A DNA stretch of 45,221 nt, counting the filler, from Jimgerdemannia flammicorona (Eukaryota): NCBI GenBank assembly GCA_003990765.1. It is 2 parts of 2 records of this genome, joined end to end, with 100 filler letters (N's around TTAATTAATTAA, not from the genome) between each part and the next. Parts side by side here need not be neighbours in the genome. Positions count along the whole stretch, not along the records: positions 22,665 to 45,221 come from RBNJ01001249.1; 1 more part is not named here. One strand, given 5' to 3'. Shown piece after piece: positions 22,730-35,414 of the stretch. Made by a program: the position numbers and the translations under genes. The number at the start of each line of letters is the position of its first letter. The stretch's first letter is position 1. Under the pieces are notes generated by a model. It was not told the origin of the DNA. It did not search any database and worked only from the letters and a program-made list of their open reading frames with translations.

Positions 22730-25700
22730 CTATCCAATCCCCCTAGGGGGGCCCCTCCCCCCTACTTCTTCTTGATGAAACACTACTCTATCAAAAACAA
22801 TCCCCACTCACCCACTACTCTGTTCACAGATCTCTTCCACCAGATAGTGACATTGTCCACTCTGGGAACTCCAACCAACCCACCACCCAGCCAGCAAATC
22901 TCCCATCAACCACTCTCATTTTAACAACTTCTCTTGTATATCCATCTACTGCCTCTTCTCAAAAACAAAGAGCCAATGTCCAGCCAGCCCTACCTATATA
23001 GCTAAAACCCACTCTACAGTGAGCATCCATTACTCACACCACCTACTAACTGAGATTTCAAATCCTCCCAGTGACCTCTCTCTCCATCTGGCCTCCTCTC
23101 TACACTCAACCAGTCCCCTACTGCTATCCAAAAGTCCCCCAGAATCTCACACTCTCTTAGCCAATGTTCTGGCATCTGTATAAGACCTCCAACTTGCCCT
23201 ACATTATAATACTCCTCACAATCTAATCAACCACCATCCACTAGATATCCAGTATGAAATTCAATATGATATTCCTCTGCAGCATCTGCCACTACACCAC
23301 CCAGAACTTGGGAGGAAGCCACCTCTATACCTCAGCACTCTATGACTAGACTCCTGTCCAGTCCCACTCCTCATCTATCCTCACTACCTGCCAAATACTT
23401 GGCTATAAATCCTGACCAAGTCCCTGCTGATACTCCACTCCTTTACAAATATCAAACTCAGTAAGTAGAATACCCCCTAGAAGCAGTCTGTCCCATTGCC
23501 ATATAGCTGGACCTCACAGTATCTCTCCCTCATTGCTTCACCAGCACAGGTCTATTCAGTGTGCTCCATCCACCATCTCCCACCAGAAGCCCTTATACCA
23601 TGCCATCAGCTTCCATCCAGACTCACCAGAGATAGCAAATCTCCCAAAGACTCTTGAGAGGAGAATCTCATCTCTCACACCTTCTGCATCAGTGGCACCC
23701 AGCTCTCTCTCTGTAATTCAACAGCCCTTTTTAACCACCAAGCTCACAGGCAATGCAGTCTCTTAGGAAAATCCACTAGGCCTAGCTCTTCCTGAACTAC
23801 CAGTGTTGCAAGAGTGTCCCAACTGATCTGGGACCACCTCTCTGCCCAAATCCAATCTTTAGCCAGTTTCATCAGTCTTTTCACCACTCAAGCTAGAAAG
23901 TTCAAATAGTAAGCAACATACCACAGCTTGGGGAACTAGTAGACATTCAGGATTGATACCCAGCCTACTAGGGAGATATAATGACCTCCCCAACCTCTAA
24001 GAGCCTCTCTCCAAATAGCCACTCTCCTCTTCCACCACTCTCTTGGTAAGACTGAACCATATACAGAGAGAAAGATGTCCAAATACCTCACTGCCTCTCC
24101 TGTAGAGACAATTGTTCCAATGATATTCCCTCCCACCAGCCTATTCCCCAGCACCATTGTCTCACACTTATGCTAGTTGAGTTTCACCCCAGAGTATACC
24201 TCATACCATTCCACTGTCTCCTTAAGTACCTCAACATCTACCACTGAGCCAAGTCCAACTACTATATTATCTGCAAAGGCTCCCCACCTTCCACACCACA
24301 CTATATACAGAGAGCTCTGCTACCTTCTGTCATATCCTATCCATTAGAGGTTCTAATGAAAGAGCATAGAGGATAGGAGACAATGGATCCCCTTAAGGAA
24401 CTTCTCTTCCCAAGGAGAATGCTAGATCCCAGTAATCATTATACATCAGTACTGCCCTACTCCCCTTCAACATATTCAACATAGAAGCTCAAAATCTTGG
24501 GAGAATACCAATTCTATCTAGCACCTTACTCAGCCACACCTGCTGAATGCAGTCATAGGTCTTTTTCTGATCCAAAAAGACCAGTCTTCCATTCAATTCA
24601 CAAGCTTGTACTCCTTCAATAATGCCATAAACCCAGGCAGTCCTATCTCTGATAAGCCTGCCTCTAATAAAGCCCCACTGCTCCTTACCCAGCACCTGTT
24701 GGGCAACCTTCTGTAGCCTTACAACAATCACCTTAGTCACTATCTTCCTGTCTATATCTAGGAGCATGATTAGTCTCCAGTTCTTCCAATCCTCCCTCCT
24801 TCTCTTGTCTTTATACAACAAGACCACCAGCCCTAAGTCCTGCTCTCTAACCCACCTACCATTCAGAAGAATATGGTCACAGAGGGCTGCTATTTCTCCT
24901 AACATTCCAGGGACCTCTGCCATCTTCTTTCAGAAGTCTCAAGGTAACTCATCCTCTCCTGGTGCTATCCTAAGCTTAGTTGCTGCCAGAACTCTCTGAA
25001 CCTCTTTCTTTTAGACTGGTAGTATCAAGTCTCCAAGACCCTCTATCTGTAGCAGTTCCCACTTCTCCAGCATGTTGCCAATTACCTTCTCATCTGTACC
25101 CCCTTCCTTCTCACTTCACAGACCCCTCTACCTTTTCTTCAGTTCTGTTGTATGTCATATACTATTTCCCCCTCAGTATCAAGGACCCCATCTCAATGAT
25201 GTCATACCCTCCTAGCTTAGAGGAGTCTTGACAAGTACCTCATAGGCTACTCTCCCTCCTCAAGCCCCTACCACCTTAGTCTAGCAGCCATTTCTTTCAA
25301 ATGAATCTCCTCCTCCTCTCTCAATATCTGTTATAGCTCCACTATCTCCAATTTTGCTCACTCCAACCTCCAATCATCCACCTCTTCAGAAGAAATCAAA
25401 TTAGCCCATTCCATCTGCAATCTAATCAGCCTATTAGAAGCACACCTTACTCTCTTCCTTCTCTGCCTCCCAGTCTCTCTATCAGCTCTTCCTAAATAAA
25501 CCCTTGCTGCCTCCTTCAATCTCATCCACTGGACATCCACAGATGAGCTCTCATATATCTAGCTAGTAATTTTCACCTGTATGACCTCTACCTATGAATC
25601 TCACAACACCTTCTCAGCCAGCAGAGAGGAGTTAAGGTACTAATATCTGAGTCTATCTCTACTCCCCCTAAACTGCTCCTGCCCTAATAGCCCCTAGTGA

Positions 25701-26365
25701 TTAGACCATAGGTACTACTCTACCTCTAGAGTTCTCTAAATATCTACATCCCAGCATTCAGCTGTCAGAATCCAATCAATTCTCATACTCAGTCTATTCA
25801 CCCAGTATATATAGACTTTCTTTTCACCCCATCATATTCTGCTCTATCCCCTAAGGAGCTAAGGTTCTCTACCTCCTCCTATACATCCAGACTACCACTC
25901 CTCCTGCCTGCACTCCTTCCTCCCTCAGTTCTATCTAACTGTGGATTCTACACTATATTAAAGTCACCTTCCAGAACATCTACTCCTTCCTCTAAGAGAA
26001 CTTCCTCCTCCAAAAAATCTCTAATCTACCCAATCCACTCACCCCTAGCCATAGGGCAGTAGTAGGAGCCAACCCTCACTGGTTCTTACTCAGGTCAATA
26101 CCATTCTCCCCAGACCAAACAGTTACCCCAGCTCCTGACTCCACCCAAATCTCCTCTCCCCCTCCTCACCAGAATTGCCACTTTGCTAATCCAAGCAGTA
26201 GCTTCTCTCCATTCTCTTGTCCACTTTACCCAATTCTCTTCATCCTTATACTGTACATTCTGCATCAGCCTCCAATCTCTTAAGCCAGGTAAAAATGTTC
26301 TTATGCTGTCCAGGTTCCCTTAACCCATTCACATTCAGAGAGAAAATGTTAGTTATACTGTTCAT
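22730..26365 (-). pseudogene. LINE ORF2 (APE endonuclease, RT, C-terminal CCHC region)
   Basis: MNSITNIFSLNVNGL; DFN; SNH (SDH); KNWRLIMLL; DQKKTYD; GDPLSP; FADN; ends PPRGIG*. Confidence 0.9.
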
Positions 26366-26396
26366 AAGAAATAATATTAAATATAAGTCTCATCCT

Positions 26397-28308
26397 CTAT
26401 AAGTCTGCATTCAACTCCTCCTATACTAAGTCTAAGTTATATTCAGCAGCTAGTACCTTCTCTTCTGCTGCCCATGCCTCCAGCCTAACCAGAAGTTCAG
26501 CTATCTCTCTATTCTCTTTTTTCTCAAAGTCCTCACAATACTCCAGACATACCTTCTGCCAGAGTTGCAAACCATGATGCTCTGCCCAACAGTAGACAGC
26601 TTGCTCACCAGCAATGACTGCCAGCTCAGTCTCTCTTTTCTTATCAATCTCATAACCCTCTTCTTCTAGGAAAATTGCAAGTATCTCTGCCTTCAGTACC
26701 TCCACTCCATCTCTATACAGAATCTGTATCCAATACTCCTCACTCATCACTTGTAGGTCCACTTCCCCCAACCCCTCAGCTATAAAGTTATCTATTATCT
26801 TGCTCATCCACAGCAGGTTTCCCACCTCCTTCCCTCCAGGCATCTCTGGCCTTCCTGTATCCAGCATTATAGTATCTGCCCCTACACTGGCAGTCTCATC
26901 CCATCTCTCTTCTGGGACATCCACCAGCTCATCCTTGCCAACCACCATTATCTGTCCTCCTTTTGTTATATATATCAGAAACCCCAAAGTGTACCCACTG
27001 AGTGCCCCTCATCAGCTCATCCTCTGCTACCTGACCCCTCACAGCTGGACTCTGTCTGACCAGTGGGGGAGTATTATCCATAACTGGTTCCCAGACTTTG
27101 AACATACCATCAGCAAAAGAGTCCTTATGAGGTATCTTCCCAGCCCATTCCAGGCTCTTCTTCATATGTATCTCCTTCTCCCTTACTAGCCCAGACACTC
27201 ACCTCTATATCCTCAGACTTCTCAGTGCTCCTAGCCTTTATCTTTGTCTCTCCTTCCATGCTTGCTAGCAGCTCTCTCTGCCTCCAGTACTCTTGAGCCC
27301 TCTCTCACTACCTCTTGTCAGTGCAAATACATATGCTTCCCTTCAATAATCTCCAGATGTGTCAACTTCACATACAACTTTCAGACCTTTATCCTCTGCT
27401 CAACAGCACCACTCAACTCCTCTAGAGCCTCCAACAAGTTCTCCTCCTCCTCTTCACTCCCTTTTACCCTTGATACCTTACAGACAAAAGCCCCCCACAT
27501 CAACACCAAAGGCCAGTCACTCATCTTCCCCATGGCCTCTCTCCCAGTCAGTCTAATTCTGACATTCACATCATCTATCCTGAAGATAGTTCCCTCCTAT
27601 ATCTGGAAACTAATATCAACCACATTGCCATACTCTGCTATCACCTTCTCCACCCTCCTCCTAGTCTCATCCTTTGTTACTGTAGGCACTCTCAAGTACC
27701 ACACCATAGAGACCACCATCTCTCCTATGGTCACTTCAGACTTCAAAGCCTCCTCCAATGGGCCCACCTCCTCGAAGCCTACCTCCACCCCTTCCAACTC
27801 CTTCAGAAACTTCACTGAGGCTGCTCTAGCCACCTGCTCTGATATAAGCCCCAGAACCATCCTCATCATCACTACCAAGCCCCTGAAATATAAGATCACT
27901 ATGAACTCTGAGATTGACTTCTTGAGTAATAGTACTACCACTAGCTCTGTCATACCATCAGCTAGGTCTCTCTTCCACTTTGGGCCCATCTGCCCAGTTC
28001 TCTCATCAATAGTTATATCTGGATTTTTTTTCCAGATTCCCAGTCATACTGCCATCAGCAGTCCTGCCTCTACTCCTACTAGCTACTCCACTAGCTCTAC
28101 CTCTCACTAGCTAAGGTCTAGCACTTCCAGCTTCTCCAACCTTCTGCTTCCCCTTCCCTCCTGCCTGCCTACTCTGAGTTTCTACTGGCCAACCTCCAGC
28201 CCACAGCATATCTGCAAAGCTCCTCCCCTTCTGCTCTCTGGCCTCACCACCAGTGCTGCTTTCACTGTCTAAGCTGCCCTGCCCACTCAAGCCACTGAAA
28301 GACCCCAT
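26397..28308 (-). pseudogene. LINE ORF1
   Basis: Homologous to 39788-41731. RRM-like segment VPTVTK...EYGNVVDISFQI. Confidence 0.8.
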
Positions 28309-28459
28309 CCCAAGCCTATACCCTTATCTGACATTCTGCTAGTTAAAGGCCCCAGGTCTATCCAACCCAGTCACACATTTGCTTACTTGCTGGTTACTAT
28401 TACCTTAGTACCTTTCTCCAATAAATAACTTGAAAGTGTGTTGTAAAAGTGTGTGTAAC

Positions 28460-31400
28460 ATAAATTATAGTAGAGAAAGCCTGTGACCTCAGTGGTATAC
28501 TATCCCAAATCAAATAAGTCTACTCTCTGAACCAAAGAAGAAGATTCTCAAAATATAAAAAAAGCAATAAGAAGAAAAGTACAAAGTATCAAATAAGAGA
28601 CTTACTACAAAATATCTACTATCTACTAAATAGTAAGATCAAAAAGTCATCTAGATCCATCAGTTCAAGAATAGATATTTACTAATATTAAGAGAGTTAT
28701 GAGATTGTATATAAGAAAGACCCCAAGTCTGAACTTCTATATAAGAGATCTCTACTACTATACTCTCAACTGCTGTGAAATAGAGATAAGAATCACTACT
28801 GCTACTGAGTATCTTTAGATATAACAAGGATATGAAAAGATATATCATCTCTACTAAGAATTTTTATAAGCCAGCTCTCAAGAAATTGTAGATGCTACTT
28901 GTATAGACAGATATAAACAGAAATTAGCCAAAAGAGTTCATCAGATATTTAGATATATACTCTGGGCTATTCCTAATCTGAAATATATTAAAGTCTCTGA
29001 TATTTAAAAACTAATAAGCCACTGTACAGATCACTCTGAAGAAATAGTTGCAGAAAAAGCTCAATCTACTATTACAGTTAAGAGTAAGGAGATTTAAGAC
29101 CTTTGGAAAGGATAATTCAAATCAATTTATCTATAGTTTGATTGTATTATTTCAAGGCCCTCTCTTGAGAGTCTACTTTTTCCAGAATTTCACAGATATT
29201 TCCTACTTCATAGATAACAATACTATTGAATAGAGACCTTAAGAGTAGAATAACTATATACCTTTTAATAATATCAATGACATCATCTCTCAAAATAACT
29301 TAGAGAATAATAGTGACTTACTTATTTTGCTAGAAGATGATATTAACTACTTTTCTCACTTCCAGAACCTTCTCACTGACTTCAGCACAATTGTGAAGAA
29401 TGCAAAAAATGATTTGGTCAGACCCCCTGAAGAGAAGAAGGATGAGAATGATATAATCTCAGTTATGCTAAATTTTAAGTTAAATGAGAATAGCTCTATT
29501 AGTCAAATTGAGTAAGTTAGTTAGTTAGATAAATAGTAATTGAGTATTAACTAGCTCAATTTATCATAAATATAAAATTAGCCTTATTCAGTTAGTTAGT
29601 CACCTGAATTCCAAAACTATACTAATTAGTATCTTCTAGTAATTATGATAACTAATTATCTAGTCTTATATATAGTCTAAAAACTATTAAATATCCTCTA
29701 ATCTGTAGTGAATAAACCTCAGTCAATTAGTTTGTAATATTAACTTAAGTTTTAAAAGATAAGAAAGTTGAGTGTAAGAACTTTGAAAAAAGACTCCAAG
29801 AGTTGAAGAATTACTCTTACTACCATAAAACTCAAGATATAAGATTAAGACTATTTCAAGATATAAGTCAGTTAGTTAAAATTACTGTAAAATTAGATAT
29901 AAGTCTCAGGAAATCTAGCCAAGGATATCAGAATTGTCAACTTGCCTAGAAACTCAAAAATAATATATAAACTAAATAGCCAGTTATGTGATCAATGACT
30001 TAAGATATATGAACTTCAACTTGACATAAATCCAAATAAATTAAATAGTAGTTGATATGAATATTGAGTCAGAAATATGGTTAAGAAATAAATAGGAGAT
30101 AGTATATAAATAATTAAGAGATACATTGAGCCATATAGAAGCAATAAGAGATATAAATCATGTACTACATTTTAGAGACTTGACTGAGAAAGTTTTCTAA
30201 AGACTTAATTATTTGGCTCAAGAACTCAATAACTATCTATAGTAGAGAATTTAGGAGAAACTAGCCAGCAGTAAGACCAGGGCCAACAATAGCCCACTTT
30301 AGAAAAAGAAGCTCATACTATTATCAGAACAGCCCTCACTCTGTTTAGAACCAGTAGCCAGAAAACTGAATTAGAAAAAAGAAGTGATACAGATTATAGT
30401 TTGATCTTAAAGGAAAGAAAATAACTCAGAGGACAACCTGAGTCTATCTAGATCCAAGACCCAGAACATGAAGAAGATTTTCCTGAAGAATACTAGATCC
30501 TAATCTATAGAAGAGATTTGGGCAGAAGTGACTATATTACTACTGTCATCACTTAAGCTACTTTACTAGATTAAGTATATTTTGAAATATCTGAAGGAGA
30601 AAAAGACTACTATTTCTACCTTTTAGAATAAGAGAAAGATGATAATTGAAAAAGTCAACCAGATTATCCAAGAGATGAATTCAACCTTTATCACTACTTA
30701 GACAGTAATATAGACCCTTGGTAAGATGAACAGAACTCCACTGCTTCACAACAGCAAGGGGCAGATAAACTGAAAATTAGCTATATTAGTTCTATTTTAA
30801 TTACCAGAACCTCAGTACTCTGGTTCTTTATATTCCAATACTATCTATAAGAGACAAGAAGCTTTAAATCTCTCAGTACCTCAGTACTTAGTGACCACTA
30901 TCACCTAATTAGAGAACCACTATCATCAAGAACCCTTATCCCAGCTTTAATTAGAAGGGTCAGACTCCTTATACTCTCACCAAGATACTATCTTTTGTCA
31001 GTACTAGTAGTTCATCAAGTACCTCTACTATCTCCAGGTTATCAAGAAACTCTACCCCAGAATCAGACTCAGATAGTGAAGATGAATCAAACATAAGCTA
31101 TCTTTAGAAATTCCATAGTACAGACAGTAAATATATCAAGGAATTCTTTAGAGAAATTGAAGTACAAGTAGTAGCTAAGTAGTGAGATGCTCAGAGAAAG
31201 CTCAGAATCATGGAATCACTCCTGAAAGATCCTGTTCTACAGAAGTACAACTAAGTAAAGCAAGTTGGAGGAGATATCTATAAAGTAGAACATATTAACA
31301 ACATTTGAGCAAATAGAGACCATATAGATAGATATCATATTTATAAGACCTGGCTCTATACTTAGTTCAATAGTCTTAAGCATTAATAGAAAATATAAGA

Positions 31401-33005
31401 AACATGAGTCAAGCTGCCAATAAAACTCTAAAAGGCTTCTACTATCAGATTCAAGCTCAGATAATTAAGACAAACTTATAACCTACAGTCTAACTAGCTC
31501 TGATCTCAACTACTTTCCTCAATGGAATATTCTCAGAGCTTCAAAGATAAGTCATTAGGATAGACTATTGAAGTATTGAGCAACAAGATGCTAGAGCACA
31601 AGAATGCTGGGAAGCAAACTATAGACTACTCCAATAAGTATAGAATATCAAGAACCAGCTCAAGCTAAAACTTCAAGGACTTATAGAATAACTATAGAAT
31701 AAGAGAATGCCTACTTGAGAGCCCAGTTGGTTAGCTATAAGATCAGACCCCTACTCCCAATTCTGACTCAATATAGATAACAACAGCTGCCTCTATTAAG
31801 ACCTAGCCATTACAGTTACTTAGTTAAAGAACTAAGAGAGAAGACAATAAGATTATTGTCAAGATAATAGATCAGATTACTGACAGTAAGATAACAGGAG
31901 TTTTACTCAGACTATATCAGTTATAACTGCAGATTTACTAGTGATAGGTTCCTATATTCCAACTTACTTCAACTATAGAAACTAATATCATATTCAGAGG
32001 TTTTACCTAAAGAAACAAACTCTATTCAATGATGGAAATGTCAATCTCATTTAAGTGAATGAAGAGATCTGAGAAATAGAAGAAGAAGCTATCTGGTTTC
32101 ATAGTCAAGAGGATACCTATCTATACTACAAAGCCTTTTCCTTTAAGATAACTTAGAATATAGTACCTATATAGGCCAGAGAATGAGGAAGACCTCTAAG
32201 GTCCCCACTTTCACCATAATTGTTAGTAATTATATCTATAGGCAAACATCCAAGATATGGTCATTTCTTCTTAGATACTTCTCAGAAAAAGGACAAGAGA
32301 GTCAGAAGAGATACCTCTGAACCAGAAGCTGGTCTATTAAGAGTATTAAGAAGTATCTCTCTATCTGATCTTATAGAAGACAAGTACATATATAGAGTCC
32401 TCAGCTGATAAAATACCTAATAAAAATGAGAGGATTCATTATAAGAGATCTAGATACTAAAGAAGCAGTAAGCTTTATAAAGTAGCATCACTTTGGAAAT
32501 ACCTCTGTACTCAGAATACAGGTCTTACAGTCAAACAAGTCCTTAAGAATATACTAGAACTTAGGTGAAAATTCCTCAAGAAAGCTAAAGAAGATACTAA
32601 AAAAATCTCTATTTAAAGATCACACACACTAGAGCCTAGTACTATTTATATAGTTTATGAATATTAGTACTAGGAATATCAATTTATAAGGCTAGCTAAT
32701 GGAAAAGTACATAGTGAAAATACCAGAATCCTTATTGATACTAGAGTAGTAGTTTATATTATTATCCAGTAAATGCTAGAAAGGATCAGATAGAGAATTA
32801 ATGAAGAAACTAAAGCAAGAGTTATTATGGCAGATAGATCAGCATCTACCCCCCTTAAACTAGTTAGAGATATATCTATTTAAGTTAGAAAGGTCTACTT
32901 TAATATATCCTAAGCTATTATAACTCTATCAATCTTCTATAATCTAATTTTAGAAACTGACTAATTGTACCAAGTTGGAGCCAATGTAGACATATCAAGA
33001 AACAA
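28460..33005 (+). mobile_element. E3: heavily decayed, 3'-truncated gypsy element (presumed LTR with accessory ORF, gag, protease); boundaries approximate
   Basis: Accessory-ORF homologue at ~28540-29515; gag relic KEFFREIEVQVVAK**DAQRKLRIMESLLKD (~31140); protease relic ILIDTRVVV...VIMADRS...LILETD*L (~32730-32970). Confidence 0.7.
28540..29515 (+). pseudogene. Diverged homologue of the LTR accessory ORF
   Basis: ASSQEIVDAT..KLAKRVHQIFRYILWAIPNLKYIKVSD and NQFIYSLIVLFQGP..YFID...VMLNF align with ASIQELQDAT..TAKKIYQIFRHAP*LLPNLEYVRVSD and DQFLQGLISVFQGP..YFVE...MILNF. Confidence 0.8.
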
Positions 33006-33040
33006 CTTCTGGTCTTTATCTTTTATAGATAAAAACACAA

Positions 33041-33826
33041 GGTGGAGATGAGGTAGAGTGTCAGTAGGGTCTTGGCCAGGACCTTTAGTCAAGCGGTTGG
33101 CAGGCAGTTGGGATCAGTGAGGAGTGGAACTGGGCAGGTATCTGGTCTTGGAGTGCTGAGGTGCGGTGGTGGCTTCCCCCCAAGTTCTGGGTGGTATGGT
33201 GGCAAATGCTGCGGAGGAATGTCATGCTGAATTTCTGTACTGGGCATCTGGTAGATGGTGGCTGTTTTGATTGTAAGGAGTGTTACAATGTAGGACAAGC
33301 TGGGGGTTTGGTGCAGATGCCAGAACATTGGCTGGGAGAGTGTGAGGTTTTGGGGGACCTTTGGGTTGAAATAGAGAATAGACTGGGTATGGAGCGTAGG
33401 CCAGCAGGTGAAGGGAATTGCTGGGAGGACTTGAGATCTAGGCTGGTGGGGGGGGGTGGGTGATAGTTGGCTCACTATTGGGTAGGTGTTAGCAATTTGG
33501 GTGGGATTGGCGGGATATTGGCTATTTGTATTTGAGGAGGGGTGGTAGATAAGTCTGCTGGAGAAAGTTTTAAGGTGGGAGGAGTTGTTGGGGGATCTGA
33601 TGACTGGATGGTGGGTAGGTTGGAGTCCTTCAGAAGACCAGTGGTGAGGTTTGGTGGTGAAGATATGTGAACAGAGTGGTGGGAGGGTGGGGATTATATT
33701 CGATAAAGTAGTGTTTCGTCGAGAAGAGGTAGGGGAGAGGGGCCCCCCTAGGGGGATTGGATAGGGGGTGGGTTTACTGTACTTATATAAGATAGATGGG
33801 CATAATAAAGGAAGAGTCCAAGTGAC

Positions 33827-33883
<57 letters not shown>
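33041..33883 (+). mobile_element. 5'-truncated LINE copy with intact poly(A) tail
   Basis: Matches 44650-45221 and 22665-23450. C-terminal CFDCKEC...EHWLGEC motif, AATAAA at 33804, pure A54 at 33830-33883. Confidence 0.93.
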
Positions 33884-33885
<2 letters not shown>

Positions 33886-34502
33886 TAAATGAAATTAATT
33901 CAGACTTGCAAATGTTATACTGCTTATTTTTGAACATGAGCAAGATCTTTTAGAGCTACAGATCTTGGCTGGTCCATGTCAGAGAAGATTGGATCAAACT
34001 TTTTATCAAAGACATTATGATTGTGGGAATGGTAGACAATAATCTGATAGTATAGCTATTTTTTAAATAAAAATAGAAATGATTGAGTTTGTGAACTACC
34101 AAATAAATATATAAACAGAATATAAATAAAACACTCACTATAGCATAAATTGACCCATTACTGTCTTTGGCCTTTAAGTCTATTTCTTTCAAAATTTTAA
34201 TAACAAAGTCTGTTTTTAGATCACTATCATACTTTGGAAAAAGATCTTCAAGAAAAAGGTGATGAAGAAGTATGTCTACTATAAGCTTTCAGATCACTTC
34301 ATTGATCTTATAATTTGAACAGAAATTGCTGATGCCCATAGATTTGCTAAATTATAATAAGAAATTTCAATTTGGATTCTTGAACAATCTATAATATATA
34401 AAATATAATTTATGAACTCATTTCCAAAAACAATTTACCCTTTTCGTTTTCTGTCTTGCTTAACCATCTGTTTTATATATCTGATCAAATAAGCCTCCAC
34501 AT

Positions 34503-34604
34503 TATCATCCTGAAGCACCTCATTGTCCAGAAGTACCTTATCATTTAAAAGCACCTTATCATCTGAAAGTACCTTACCATATGGAATCACCTTGTTATCC
34601 TGAA
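34503..34604. repeat. 18-bp degenerate tandem repeat (about 5-6 units)
   Basis: Units resemble CCTGAAGCACCTTATCAT. Confidence 0.65.
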
Positions 34605-35414
34605 TTATAAGGTTGGATTGTTCATCATCTCTGCCTTATTTCCAACCCCCACCTTATTCACCAACTCTATTTTCATCTTAATCTTATATAGTTTTTTACT
34701 ATTTAGCTATACTCTTATTAAAGTTAGAAGCTATGAACTTACTAGTATTGATCTTATCTAAGTGTATTGGGGTCTGCTTGGTTTTATACAACTTTATGGT
34801 CTAGTGTGGCTTGTCTATGGTCTGCTCCTTGGTGTTGTATACCTTCATAGTCTGTAGTCTGTCCATGGTCTACTACTTCTTAGTTTCATAGAACTGGCAT
34901 TATTTGTTCATAGCTTGATATATATTGTTCATGACTTGGTACTTATTATTCATACTGGGGCTTATTTTGTTCATCTTAGAATATAATCTGTTATCTTTAG
35001 ATATAAAGAGATTTTGGTAGAGGAGAGTAAGAAAAGACATAATTCTTCCAGATAAAGATCTCTTTTTATTCTAACAATATTCATAATAGATATACATATA
35101 TAGATATCAACAGAATAATAAGTGAATATAAAGCTTGCTTACTTATTTTTAGTTAATATGATGATATAATGAGTTTAGTTATATAATAAAGTACAAGTGT
35201 GTTAAATAATTTTATATTAAGCAAGTATGCCAAATAAGTATATTAAACAAGTATACATTAAGTAAGTGTACCAAGTAAGTACATAAAGAGCAAAAGTATA
35301 AAACCAATTTAATAAATAATTCCATTTTAGGCCAGTATGTTTTATGATTATAAAATTACTATATAAATTCATATTATCTTTCATATTCTTCCCTACTTTT
35401 AAACTAATATCAAC

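Larger units (their letters stand above)
22557..28458 (-). mobile_element. Full-length L1/Tx1-like LINE (decayed)
   Basis: 5' end TTACACACAC... matches 39637. 3' end GGAAGAGTCTAAGTGACTAT matches the poly(A)-tailed copy at 33810-33829. A T-run lies at 22557-22564 across the gap. Confidence 0.92.

Noticed and set aside
27244..28110. Long Ser/Thr/Pro-rich ORFs antisense to LINE ORF1/ORF2 (also 40060-41055 and 42941-43522)
   Set aside because: Shadow frames expected from strand compositional skew; no independent motifs.
33735..33770. CCCCCTAGGGGG palindrome and G-runs near the LINE 3' end
   Set aside because: Present in both copies but lies in the last ORF2 codons (PPRG); no evidence for a separate structural role.
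33089..33943. 284-aa minus ORF with a poly-Phe run, and the poly-Lys ORF at 33768-33953
   Set aside because: Read-through of the LINE poly(A) tail and antisense shadow of a G-rich strand.
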